A DNA stretch of 24,000 nucleotides, taken from positions 3,688-27,687 of the forward strand of contig CBDCXC010000013.1 of NCBI GenBank assembly GCA_965223655.1, given 5' to 3'. Shown here in pieces: positions 8,297 through 15,669 of this stretch (within the stretch, counting starts at the first letter, position 1; the number at the start of each line of letters is the position of its first letter). Both the position numbers and the translations under genes were made by a program. This stretch comes from Phycisphaeraceae bacterium. GTDB lineage: Bacteria > Planctomycetota > Phycisphaerae > Phycisphaerales > Phycisphaeraceae. Below the pieces are notes generated by a model that made no database searches, was not told where the DNA came from, and saw only the letters and a program-made list of their open reading frames with translations.

Positions 8297-8322
8297 TGCC
8301 ACTGGCGGCTTGCCCGCCAGTG
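8297..8322. repeat. REP-like palindromic element, copy 1. On the minus strand it may act as an intercistronic terminator or attenuator between fhcD and the next gene.
   Basis: TGCCACTGGCGGCTTGCCCGCCAGTG matches 15182-15207 at 25 of 26 positions. The stem is CACTGGCGG/CCGCCAGTG (9 bp, 5-nt loop). On the minus strand a T6 tract follows 6 nt after the stem. Confidence 0.6.
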
Positions 8323-8384
8323 TGTAACCGACGCATTTTGCACCGGCGGGCAACGCCGACTACCCACACTTCCAACAAACCCCC

Positions 8385-9326
8385 CTACCCCCCGCTGCCC
8401 ATCACCGCATGCAGATCAAACCGGATCTTGCCCAACCGCCCCCCGTAATGCCCCGCCGCGATCATCACCACACCCTCACCACACGCCGCCCTGATCCCCT
8501 CACGCATCGCATCGATCACACCTTGATTGGTCAGACCATCGATCACAATCTCATACACACACCCCACCCCGCCCGGCACCCGCGATACCACCTTCGATCG
8601 AAGCACCGGGCAATACGCGTGATTAGTCGACGCAACCATATGGCTATACCGCGACCCAACCTTCGACCCGCTCCGCACCACCCCACCCGGGAACGGGGTG
8701 ATCACCCCCGGCACCGCGGCAATCGCCTCAACCCCACGCCGCGCACCTGCCAACGCACCCGACTGATCGACACCGCAGACCATAAAATTCCCGCCCGCGA
8801 TAGCCCGGATCGCCACCACCGTTTCCTCCACCACGAACCACCCATCCATCACCGGCACACGCCAACACGCACGCTCATGCATCAGCTTCGGCTGCTCATA
8901 CCCATCCCCAAAGTGACGCACCTGCTTGCCCAACTCGATCCGCGTGGGTGTTGCCCCCGCACCACCGCTTAAACCGCCACCTGGGTCGCCCACCACCGCC
9001 CCCATCCCATCAAACACCGCGGTCGTCGGGCAGGTCAGCACACACTGACCCACACGGTTGCGCGCCGCTCTGCCCAACGCCTCTCGCTCGCGCGCAAACA
9101 ACAGCATCGCCACACCCGGCCGGCCATCGGGCGTCTGATCACCCGCCAACGCCCGCTCGATCCCCGCCTCGGCGTCGCACCCAATAACCGACGCGCCGTA
9201 GCCCGTGGCCTCCACCGCCGCGGTGTGGGCCCAACCCGCATCCTCCGCCGTCACAATCAACCGCACCGCCCAGGCCCCGAACGCCTCGGCGTGCGTATCT
9301 TCGATCGTCGTGCCGTTGTGCTCCAT
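8385..9326 (-). CDS. fhcD: Formylmethanofuran--tetrahydromethanopterin N-formyltransferase (Ftr/FhcD)
   Basis: The protein is colinear with Ftr from the first residues (MEHNGTTIEDTHAEAFG...). Further matches are EATGYGASVIGC, AEAGIE, TPDGRPGV, FGDGY, GGNF, PFPGG, ASTNHAYCP and CVYEIVIDGL. I prefer ATG 9326 over the ORF-track start at 9449. Confidence 0.9.
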   Translation of the reverse strand: MEHNGTTIEDTHAEAFGAWAVRLIVTAEDAGWAHTAAVEATGYGASVIGCDAEAGIERALAGDQTPDGRPGVAMLLFAREREALGRAARNRVGQCVLTCPTTAVFDGMGAVVGDPGGGLSGGAGATPTRIELGKQVRHFGDGYEQPKLMHERACWRVPVMDGWFVVEETVVAIRAIAGGNFMVCGVDQSGALAGARRGVEAIAAVPGVITPFPGGVVRSGSKVGSRYSHMVASTNHAYCPVLRSKVVSRVPGGVGCVYEIVIDGLTNQGVIDAMREGIRAACGEGVVMIAAGHYGGRLGKIRFDLHAVMGSGG

Positions 9327-9357
9327 CCTGAACCAGATTTTTAAGCCCAAACCGGCG

Positions 9358-9363
9358 TATAAT
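9358..9363 (+). promoter_or_regulatory. Perfect TATAAT hexamer in the fhcD/HEAT-gene divergent region
   Basis: The exact hexamer TATAAT occurs in otherwise GC-rich DNA. There is no good -35 at 17 nt. It overlaps the ATG at 9362. Confidence 0.3.
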
Positions 9364-10216
9364 GCAACCCATGTTGAATGATCAGCCAATCCAATCACCC
9401 CAGCCTTGGAAGCCATACCCCGCCTACGCCCACATGTGCTGGCTAGCAAGCATGGTATGGGTCTGGGCCCTGGCTGGCTGCTCCAACCACGCCCGCCCGC
9501 CGCTCATGGAGCTGATCGTGCCGCTGATGGCACCCACGCCAAGCCAGGTCGCACGCGACGCCTTCAACGTCCACGACCCCGACCTGCGACGCCGAAGCGT
9601 CTTAACGCTCTGCGCCTCAGACTTCGGCGGCGAGCCGCCCTACCTGCGCCTCTACCGCCTGCTGCTAGACGACCCCGACCCCACCGTCCGAGCCGCATGC
9701 ATCCACGCGATCGGGACCCACGGATCAGCCCAAGATACACAGCTGCTCCAACAACACCTCCTCGACGAAGACCCCCTCGTGCGCTGGGAAGCCGCCAAAG
9801 CCCTTGGCAAATTCCACACCCCACCCGCCGTCACCACGCTGCTCAAAACGCTCACCGATGACCACAACCCCGACGTCCGATTAGCCGCGGCCGAAGCCTT
9901 GGGCCAATACGCCCAGATGCGCGTCTACCACGGCCTGGTTGGGGCGCTCGACGACCGGTCGTTCGGCGTGGTCCACGCCGCGCAGCAATCGCTCTACACA
10001 CTCACCGGGTACGACTTCGGCTCCGACGCCAGCCTATGGATGCTCTGGGCAAAAAAACAGGGAGACAAAGTCTTCCAGCACCAACAACCCTATGCCTGGA
10101 AGCCCTACCAACCACCCGCCACTTTCATGGGCAAGCTGATCTTTTGGAACCCACCCCAACCCCCACAACCCCAAGCACCCAAAAAAACAACGCCACAAAC
10201 CCAAGAAGGCGCGTAA
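9362..10216 (+). CDS. HEAT-repeat (PBS-lyase-type) lipoprotein
   Basis: The lipobox is WALAGC. There are at least three HEAT-like repeats: DPDPTVRAACIHAIG, DEDPLVRWEAAKALG and DHNPDVRLAAAEALG. The start is ambiguous, with ATGs at 9362, 9371 and 9434. Confidence 0.7.
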   Translation: MQPMLNDQPIQSPQPWKPYPAYAHMCWLASMVWVWALAGCSNHARPPLMELIVPLMAPTPSQVARDAFNVHDPDLRRRSVLTLCASDFGGEPPYLRLYRLLLDDPDPTVRAACIHAIGTHGSAQDTQLLQQHLLDEDPLVRWEAAKALGKFHTPPAVTTLLKTLTDDHNPDVRLAAAEALGQYAQMRVYHGLVGALDDRSFGVVHAAQQSLYTLTGYDFGSDASLWMLWAKKQGDKVFQHQQPYAWKPYQPPATFMGKLIFWNPPQPPQPQAPKKTTPQTQEGA

Positions 10217-10296
10217 CCAATCCACCACGTACCGCTGACCACCATGACCAACCGTTTGCTCAACAACCCTCAACCCCAAAAACAGGAATACCCCTC

Positions 10297-10671
10297 ATGA
10301 CCACCCTTGAAATCGCGACTCAATTAGCCGACCTCTGCCGACAAGGCAAAAACCTCGAAGCCATCGACACACTCTACAGCCCCGACATCGTCAGCGTCGA
10401 AGCCTCCGCCATGCCGCCCATGGAACGCGAGATACGCGGCATCGAAGCGGTCAAAGGCAAAAACCAATGGTGGACCCAAAACCACGAGGTGCACGGCGGC
10501 GACGTCCTAGGCCCATTCCCACACGACGACCGGTTTATCCTCATCTTCAAGTACGAGGTCACCCCCAAGCAGACCGGACAACGCGTCGCACTCGAAGAAG
10601 CCGGCCTCTTCACCGTCAAAGACGGCAAGATCACCAAGGAAGAATTCTTCTACGATATGTCGGATATGTAA
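10297..10671 (+). CDS. NTF2-fold / SnoaL-like small protein
   Basis: ATG 10297 has AGGA 9 nt upstream. The 124-aa product shows a typical SnoaL-like pattern (LYSPDIVSVE, GIEAVKGKNQWW, GLFTVKDGKITKEEFFY). The upstream part of the ORF-track frame is P/T-rich non-coding read-through. Confidence 0.6.
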   Translation: MTTLEIATQLADLCRQGKNLEAIDTLYSPDIVSVEASAMPPMEREIRGIEAVKGKNQWWTQNHEVHGGDVLGPFPHDDRFILIFKYEVTPKQTGQRVALEEAGLFTVKDGKITKEEFFYDMSDM

Positions 10672-10725
10672 CACCCATGATTAATACTTGAATGGCGCGT
10701 TGAAGGCTCAGGTGTAGTCATTTTT

Positions 10726-10760
10726 GAGATAGATGTTTGAGATAGATGTAAGATGTATGA
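10726..10760. repeat. Short tandem repeat: GAGATAGATGT-TT x2, plus a degenerate third unit AAGATGTATGA
   Basis: Read directly: GAGATAGATGT at 10726-10736 and again at 10739-10749, followed by AAGATGTATGA. Confidence 0.8.
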
Positions 10761-10796
10761 GTCACCCATGCGCGACCGGGAGCAAGCGGGTTTCTT

Positions 10797-10874
10797 CCGA
10801 TAGATACCAATCCCGATCAAGTTCACGGGGTATCGGCCGCCCGCAGCAGGGAAATCTTCGGCGTTTTGGTGATC
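10797..10874 (+). repeat. Conserved non-coding element, copy B, left part (interrupted by the MITE)
   Basis: This stretch aligns with 2199-2276. The segment 10780-10801 (GAGCAAGCGGGTTTCTTCCGAT) and GTATCGGCC at 10830-10838 also recur at 8240-8260 and 8265-8273. Confidence 0.6.
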
Positions 10875-11110
10875 TGTAGTAGTCAGTATTCGCCCCATCG
10901 GGCGCGGTAAGTCTCTATCACAACACCCTCAGATTCGACCGTCAGGGTGCCTGATGCTGGCGGCATGGCTCGGGGAGCGCTAAGCGCTTGTCCCATCAAG
11001 CATTTTTTCTCCCTCAGCTGCCTCACCCAACGCCGTGGGCAGCTGAGGGAGAAAAAATGCACCACGACTTGACCCAGACGCGCCTGACAAATCAAATAGT
11101 GGCTACTACA
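10875..11110. mobile_element. 236-bp MITE-like non-autonomous element with IS3-type TG...CA termini
   Basis: The left TIR TGTAGTAGTCAGTATT matches the reverse complement of the right end, TGTAGTAGCCACTATT, at 14 of 16 positions. The direct repeat GGTGATC flanks it at 10868-10874 and 11111-11117. Removing the element restores colinearity with copy A at 2199-2306. The right terminus TAGTGGCTACTACA matches 16005-16018 at 13 of 14 positions. It has no credible ORF. Confidence 0.75.
11000..11060. repeat. Perfect 23-bp inverted repeat (hairpin) inside the MITE
   Basis: GCATTTTTTCTCCCTCAGCTGCC (11000-11022) and GGCAGCTGAGGGAGAAAAAATGC (11038-11060) flank a 15-nt loop. There are no mismatches. Confidence 0.9.
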
Positions 11111-11117
11111 GGTGATC

Positions 11118-11149
11118 CTCACGCGGCAAACGCATACCCGATGGGTATA
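11118..11149 (+). repeat. Conserved non-coding element, copy B, right part (promoter-like end)
   Basis: CTCACGCGGCAAACGCATACCCGATGGGTATA aligns with 2275-2306. GCGGCA-N17-TATACC ends 4 nt before the TTG start of the downstream gene. Confidence 0.55.
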
Positions 11150-11154
11150 CCCAC

Positions 11155-12522
11155 TTGGCATCAACCCATCTTGAAATCCCTACCCCACACCCCCAACGCT
11201 GGAACCGCTACGCCCGGTGGGTTGTATTAGCCGCAGCAGTGGTCTACATGTTTGCCCGAGGCCCCATCCGAGCCGCGCAGACCGACCCAGGCGGTGATTT
11301 CCAGCTGCTCTACGGCGGCACACTCGCCTGGGCCGCCGGCCAAAACCCCTACCACGACGACCACATCGCCCAAGCCCTACAACAACAGGGCCTGCTCAAA
11401 ACCATCCCACCCGGGTACGATCAGATCAACACCCCACCGCTCTTCGTGGTCTTAGCCCCACTCACGCTCCTGCCATGGTCGGCCGCACGCGCCGCATGGA
11501 TCGCCTTGAATACACTCGCATGCTTCGCTGCCGTGGGGTGCCTGCCATCCTTCGCAGGACTGTCTTGGAAAGACACCCGCACAATCTGGCTGCTGGCATG
11601 CGCACTCGCGTTAGCGCCCTTCCATTCCGCTTTAGCCGTGGGGCAGGTCACGCCTCTAAGCATCGCAGCCGCATGCTTCGCCATCTTGCTGGCTCGCAAG
11701 CGCTACGACCTCACCGCCGGAACACTGCTTGGCCTGTCGATCTGCATCAAACCCACGCTCGGCGGGATCTTTGCCTTGTACTTCCTCTTGCACAAACAGT
11801 GGCGCGCCCTAAGCCTCGCCGCAGCATGCACCGCGGTCATTGGGCTCATCGCCTTGGTCCAGCTCCACCTGCACGACACCCCGTGGTACACCGCGTGGCG
11901 TCAAAACGTGCACGCATTTACCCACGGCGGCCACGGCGACCCCTCTCCCCAAAACCCAAGCGCCGCGAGCCTGCTGAACCTGCACCCCGTCGTCCAAGCC
12001 GTGATCCAAAACCAAACCGTCGCCGCACTGATCGTCTGGGCCACCATCGGAACCATGCTCGCGCTAGCTTCATACACGATCTTCCGCCGACAAAACAACC
12101 GCCACGAACACCTAGAACTAGGCACACTCACCACCCTCAGCCTGCTGATCGTCTACCACCGCTTCTACGACGCCGCCCTGCTGATCTTCCCGCTGGCCTG
12201 GGCGTTCCACACGATAAATACCCCCCACCGCCGCAAAGCCTGGGCGGTGATCATCGCCACACTGCCCGCCCTGATCCCCGGCGGCGTCATGCTCAGCCTG
12301 CTGGCAGACCAAGGCCACCTGCCACGCCAACTATTGCCACCCGGCGCCCTGTTCGACTGGATCGCCCAACACCTCACCATCCCACCCTCACTCACCAACA
12401 CCTGGCTCTGGCAGGGCCTGCTGGTCCCACACCTCGCCTGGCTCATCCTCCTCATCGCGGCCATCCTATTGACCCACCTCTGGGCAACCGGCAAAAACGA
12501 TCCACAAAAAACCGAACGTTAA
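11155..12522 (+). CDS. Polytopic membrane glycosyltransferase, GT87/DUF2029-like (GT-C fold)
   Basis: There are many hydrophobic helices throughout. The first periplasmic-type loop GDFQLLYGGTLAWAAGQNPY....NTPPLF is typical of DUF2029 mannosyltransferase-like proteins. TTG 11155 is the only start that retains the first TM helix; the next ATG is at 11248. Confidence 0.6.
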   Translation: MASTHLEIPTPHPQRWNRYARWVVLAAAVVYMFARGPIRAAQTDPGGDFQLLYGGTLAWAAGQNPYHDDHIAQALQQQGLLKTIPPGYDQINTPPLFVVLAPLTLLPWSAARAAWIALNTLACFAAVGCLPSFAGLSWKDTRTIWLLACALALAPFHSALAVGQVTPLSIAAACFAILLARKRYDLTAGTLLGLSICIKPTLGGIFALYFLLHKQWRALSLAAACTAVIGLIALVQLHLHDTPWYTAWRQNVHAFTHGGHGDPSPQNPSAASLLNLHPVVQAVIQNQTVAALIVWATIGTMLALASYTIFRRQNNRHEHLELGTLTTLSLLIVYHRFYDAALLIFPLAWAFHTINTPHRRKAWAVIIATLPALIPGGVMLSLLADQGHLPRQLLPPGALFDWIAQHLTIPPSLTNTWLWQGLLVPHLAWLILLIAAILLTHLWATGKNDPQKTER

Positions 12523-12572
12523 ACACCCCCGCTGATGCGGCCTGTGCCAACGAAAACCAGCCTTCAGCCCGC

Positions 12573-12601
12573 TTGCTATACCCAGCCATAACAGCTATGG
12601 T
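12573..12601 (+). promoter_or_regulatory. Candidate sigma70-type promoter for rplS-trmB-trpS
   Basis: TTGCTA (12573-12578), a 17-nt spacer, then TATGGT (12596-12601), about 90 nt upstream of the rplS ATG. Confidence 0.3.
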
Positions 12602-12688
12602 TACCGATTACGCGGTTGACCTGAGCGTCATGCCCTAAAAACTTACTTGCAGCCGATCGTCAAGCCCGGCGGTCCCGAGATCCACCCG

Positions 12689-13138
12689 ATGACCAACGCC
12701 TTAATCCAATCCGTTGAGAAGACCCAACTCAAGACCGACCTGCCCCAGCTAAGCATCGGCGACACCGTGGACGTCCACGTCCGGATCCTCGAGGGCGCCA
12801 AGGAGCGGATCCAGGTGTTCAACGGCGTGATCATCAAGATGCAGTCCACCGGCATCAACCGGTCGATCACGGTCCGCCGCATCGTCGCCAACGAAGGGGT
12901 GGAACGCACATTCAAGATCCACAGCCCCAAGATCGCCAAGATCCAGATCATCCGGCACGGCCACGTGCGACGCGCCAAGCTCTACTTCCTACGCGACCGA
13001 GTCGGCAAGAAACGCCGCCTGCCCGACCGCCGCCGCGGCCTGGCCCGATTGAGCAACGAAGCCAAACCCACAAAAACCAAAGCCAAACCCAACCCGCCCC
13101 AACCCGCCGCCGCTGAGACCGATTCAACCGAATCATAA
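12689..13138 (+). CDS. rplS: 50S ribosomal protein bL19, with a K/P-rich C-terminal extension
   Basis: GDTVDVHVRILEGAKERIQVFNGVII, RRIVANEGVERTFKIHSP and IIRHGHVRRAKLYFLR match bL19. I prefer ATG 12689, which gives the N-terminus MTNALIQSVEKTQLK typical of bL19. Confidence 0.93.
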   Translation: MTNALIQSVEKTQLKTDLPQLSIGDTVDVHVRILEGAKERIQVFNGVIIKMQSTGINRSITVRRIVANEGVERTFKIHSPKIAKIQIIRHGHVRRAKLYFLRDRVGKKRRLPDRRRGLARLSNEAKPTKTKAKPNPPQPAAAETDSTES

Positions 13139-13201
13139 ATAGCCATGGGGTAGGGGAAGCAAAAGCACCAGCTCTTGACCTGAAACAACCCATCTGCCCG
13201 C

Positions 13202-13864
13202 ATGAGCTTCTCACTCTCACACGGCAAACCCATCGACGTCGCCCACTTCGGGATCGACCAAGACCAGCTGCCACCGCTGGACGACGGACCGATCAACCCC
13301 AAAACCTGGTTCGGCCCCCAAAACGCAGACCACCCATTAGAACTTGAGATCGGCTCGGGTAAGGGCACGTTCCTGGTCCAGCAAGCCACCGCCACACCCC
13401 AGGTCAACTACCTGGGCATCGAGTACGCCCGTTCGTTTTGGCGCTACGCCGCCGACCGATGCCGCCGCCACGGCTTGGAAAACGTCCGCCTCGTCCACAC
13501 CGAAGCCGCCGCGTTTGTCCAGTACCGCCTGCCCAACGCCTGCCTGCGAAAGGTGCACATCTACTTCCCCGACCCCTGGCCCAAGAAGCGCCACCACAAG
13601 CGTCGGCTGATCCAAGCCCCGTTCCTCCGCCTGCTACACCCAAAGCTCGAACCCGCAGCCCGGGTCCACATCACCACCGACCACACCAGCTACTACCAAT
13701 GGATCCTCGAGCACGCCCACCAGGTTGATGACCTCTACGAGCGAAGCCCGTTCCAGGCCCTGGGTTCGGCGCAAGAAGGCGAACTGGTCGGCACCAACTT
13801 CGAACGCAAGTACCGCAGGCTAGGCCGGTCCTTCCACGCCATCACACTCCATAAACGCGGGTGA
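13202..13864 (+). CDS. trmB: tRNA (guanine46-N7)-methyltransferase
   Basis: The SAM-binding segment LELEIGSGKGTF, plus YLGIE and the signature FPDPWPKKRHHKRRL, identify the family. Confidence 0.9.
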   Translation: MSFSLSHGKPIDVAHFGIDQDQLPPLDDGPINPKTWFGPQNADHPLELEIGSGKGTFLVQQATATPQVNYLGIEYARSFWRYAADRCRRHGLENVRLVHTEAAAFVQYRLPNACLRKVHIYFPDPWPKKRHHKRRLIQAPFLRLLHPKLEPAARVHITTDHTSYYQWILEHAHQVDDLYERSPFQALGSAQEGELVGTNFERKYRRLGRSFHAITLHKRG

Positions 13865-13918
13865 AGAGTAGGCCACCCCAATTGCCCGCCAAGCCCTCCC
13901 CCACTACAACATGCAACC

Positions 13919-15004
13919 ATGACCGCCTCCAATACGACCGAACCATCCAAACCCCGCATCCTCACCGGCGACACCCCCACCGGCCGCCTACACCTGGGCC
14001 ACTACGCCGGGTCGATCGAAAGCCGCCTGGCCTACCAAAACACGCACGACTGCTTCTTTATCATCGCCAACACGCACGCCCTAACCACACGCGAAGAAGA
14101 AACACCCGCGGTACGCGACGATGTGATCCAGATCACCCTCGACTACCTCGCCGCCGGCATCGACCCCAACCGCTCAACCATCTTCATCCAGAGCGAAGTC
14201 CCCGCGATCGCCGAGCTGACCTGGTTCTTTGCGATGCTGCTCGGCTACGGCCGGCTGATGCGTAACCCCACCGTCAAAGACGAGATCACCCTCAAAAACC
14301 TGGGCGACCGCTACTCGTTCGGGTTCCTGATGTACCCCGTTGGGCAGGTGGCCGACATCCTCGCCTTCCGCCCCCAGGCCGTCCCCGTCGGGCAGGACCA
14401 GGTGCCACACATCGAGATGACCCGCGAGATCGCCCGCCGATTCAACACCCTCTACTGCGGCCTCGACCCCCAAGCACCCGACGACGCCCACGCACGCGAA
14501 GGCGTGTTCCCCATCCCCGACTCCATCGTCGGGCGCGTGGCGCGCCTGGTCGGGACCGACGGCAAAAACAAGATGAGCAAATCACTCAACAACGCCATCT
14601 TCCTAAGCGACACCCCCAAGCAGGTCCAAAAAAAATGCAACCGGATCTTCACCGGGCGCATGAGCGCGACCGACCCGGGCGTGATTGAGGGCAACCCGCT
14701 GTGGGAATACCACGACGCGTTCAACCCCAACGCCGACGAAATCCAGCAGATGAAACAGCAATACCGCGAAGGCAAGATCGGCGACGGCGACTGCAAGAAG
14801 CGACTAGCCGAGGTCATCAACGCCCTGCTCGAACCCATGCGCCAACGCCGCGCCACACTCGAAGCCGACCCCAACCAGGTCCTACACACGCTCTACCAAG
14901 GCACCCAACGCGCCAACACCATCGCCGAGCAAACCCTATGGCAAGCCAAGCAAGCGATGAGGTTTGATTTCTTCCCGAGACGGCTAGCGCTCACCCAGGC
15001 GTGA
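13919..15004 (+). CDS. trpS: Tryptophan--tRNA ligase
   Basis: Class I motifs are present: the HIGH-type segment TGRLHLGHY, and KMSKS. GQDQVPHIEMTREIARRFN is typical of TrpRS. Confidence 0.92.
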   Translation: MTASNTTEPSKPRILTGDTPTGRLHLGHYAGSIESRLAYQNTHDCFFIIANTHALTTREEETPAVRDDVIQITLDYLAAGIDPNRSTIFIQSEVPAIAELTWFFAMLLGYGRLMRNPTVKDEITLKNLGDRYSFGFLMYPVGQVADILAFRPQAVPVGQDQVPHIEMTREIARRFNTLYCGLDPQAPDDAHAREGVFPIPDSIVGRVARLVGTDGKNKMSKSLNNAIFLSDTPKQVQKKCNRIFTGRMSATDPGVIEGNPLWEYHDAFNPNADEIQQMKQQYREGKIGDGDCKKRLAEVINALLEPMRQRRATLEADPNQVLHTLYQGTQRANTIAEQTLWQAKQAMRFDFFPRRLALTQA

Positions 15005-15012
15005 CAGCAACG

Positions 15013-15038
15013 CATCTGTCGGCCTAGGCCGACAGATG
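15013..15038 (+). terminator. Perfect 26-nt palindrome directly after trpS, a possible terminator hairpin
   Basis: CATCTGTCGGCCTAGGCCGACAGATG starts 9 nt after the stop. No T-tract follows, so termination activity is uncertain. Confidence 0.45.
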
Positions 15039-15180
15039 AAGCCGATGGTGAGCCGACTTCGATTTCTCGCCGGATTGTGGTGACCGGTTGGGCGTTGTCA
15101 TCGTGTCCCGCTAGGGCCGGGTCGTGGGGACACAAAGACCCTCAGAAAGTGTGTGAGGAGCATGCAGATGTCGGGAATGG

Positions 15181-15211
15181 GTGCCACTGGCGGCTGGCCC
15201 GCCAGTGGCAC
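15181..15211. repeat. REP-like palindromic element, copy 2 (longer stem)
   Basis: GTGCCACTGGCGG-CTGGC-CCGCCAGTGGCAC forms a 13-bp stem. It is nested inside an 11-bp outer inverted repeat, AAGTGTGTGAG (15147-15157) / CTCACACACTT (15219-15229). Confidence 0.7.
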
Positions 15212-15669
15212 ACGCCTTCTCACACACTTGCTCACACCCGCACACGGCCTTTGTCATGACAGTGTTGGGGGTGATCGTCGGGCGAACGCTTGCCCGGCCG
15301 TGTGGCACACCCCGCCCCGGCGTTGCCCGGCCTTTCAAAGCATCCGGGGGTAAGGGCGTGCCTAAACACAAAACCTGCAATGCGGCCCCCCCGGACCCCG
15401 GAAGTTTTTTTCGGCACGCATATGTGCGTGCCCGGGTCCCGGGGGGAGTAGAAGCCTTGGTTTTCAAACACGGCTTCTACCATAAGGGCAGGTGGACGGG
15501 TTTGTGCGCATATTGTTGGCAGGCAGGATGCCTGCCCCACTGGGAAAGGGCGCCGCCAGGCCAAGATGGTGAGGCCTATTTGGGGAAAGGGTATGGGGTT
15601 GGGGTTGAAAAAAATCTTTATGGGTTGTGGCGTAACGTAGGCACGTTTGTGCGCGCGGGGTGACCGTAG

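Noticed and set aside
6585-8972. Long plus-strand ORFs antisense to the C1 genes (6585-7124, 7184-7774, 7396-7812, 8409-8972)
   Set aside because: Their products are R/P/H/T-rich low-complexity strings with no motifs. They mirror well-supported minus-strand genes, which is a typical high-GC antisense artefact.
10712-10720. GTGTAGTCA as a third copy of the IS/MITE terminus
   Set aside because: Only 8 nt resemble the TIR, with one TAG unit missing. There is no partner end and no flanking duplication, so the match is too short to call.
10726-10760. CRISPR array
   Set aside because: There are only two and a half contiguous 11-13-nt units with no spacers, and no other spaced repeats or cas genes in the window.
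10883-11164. 93-aa ORF inside the MITE
   Set aside because: It crosses the 23-bp hairpin and the terminal repeat and has no coding bias or similarity. MITEs are non-coding by definition.
11475-12638. 387-aa ORF overlapping the GT87 gene in another frame
   Set aside because: The translation is extremely R/P-rich with no hydrophobic core. The overlapping frame encodes a coherent polytopic membrane protein.
15381-15450. SRP RNA or another known housekeeping RNA, prompted by a CCGGAAG-containing hairpin
   Set aside because: The conserved SRP domain IV motifs and the RNase P or tmRNA signature sequences are not present. The stretch is only a generic GC hairpin.
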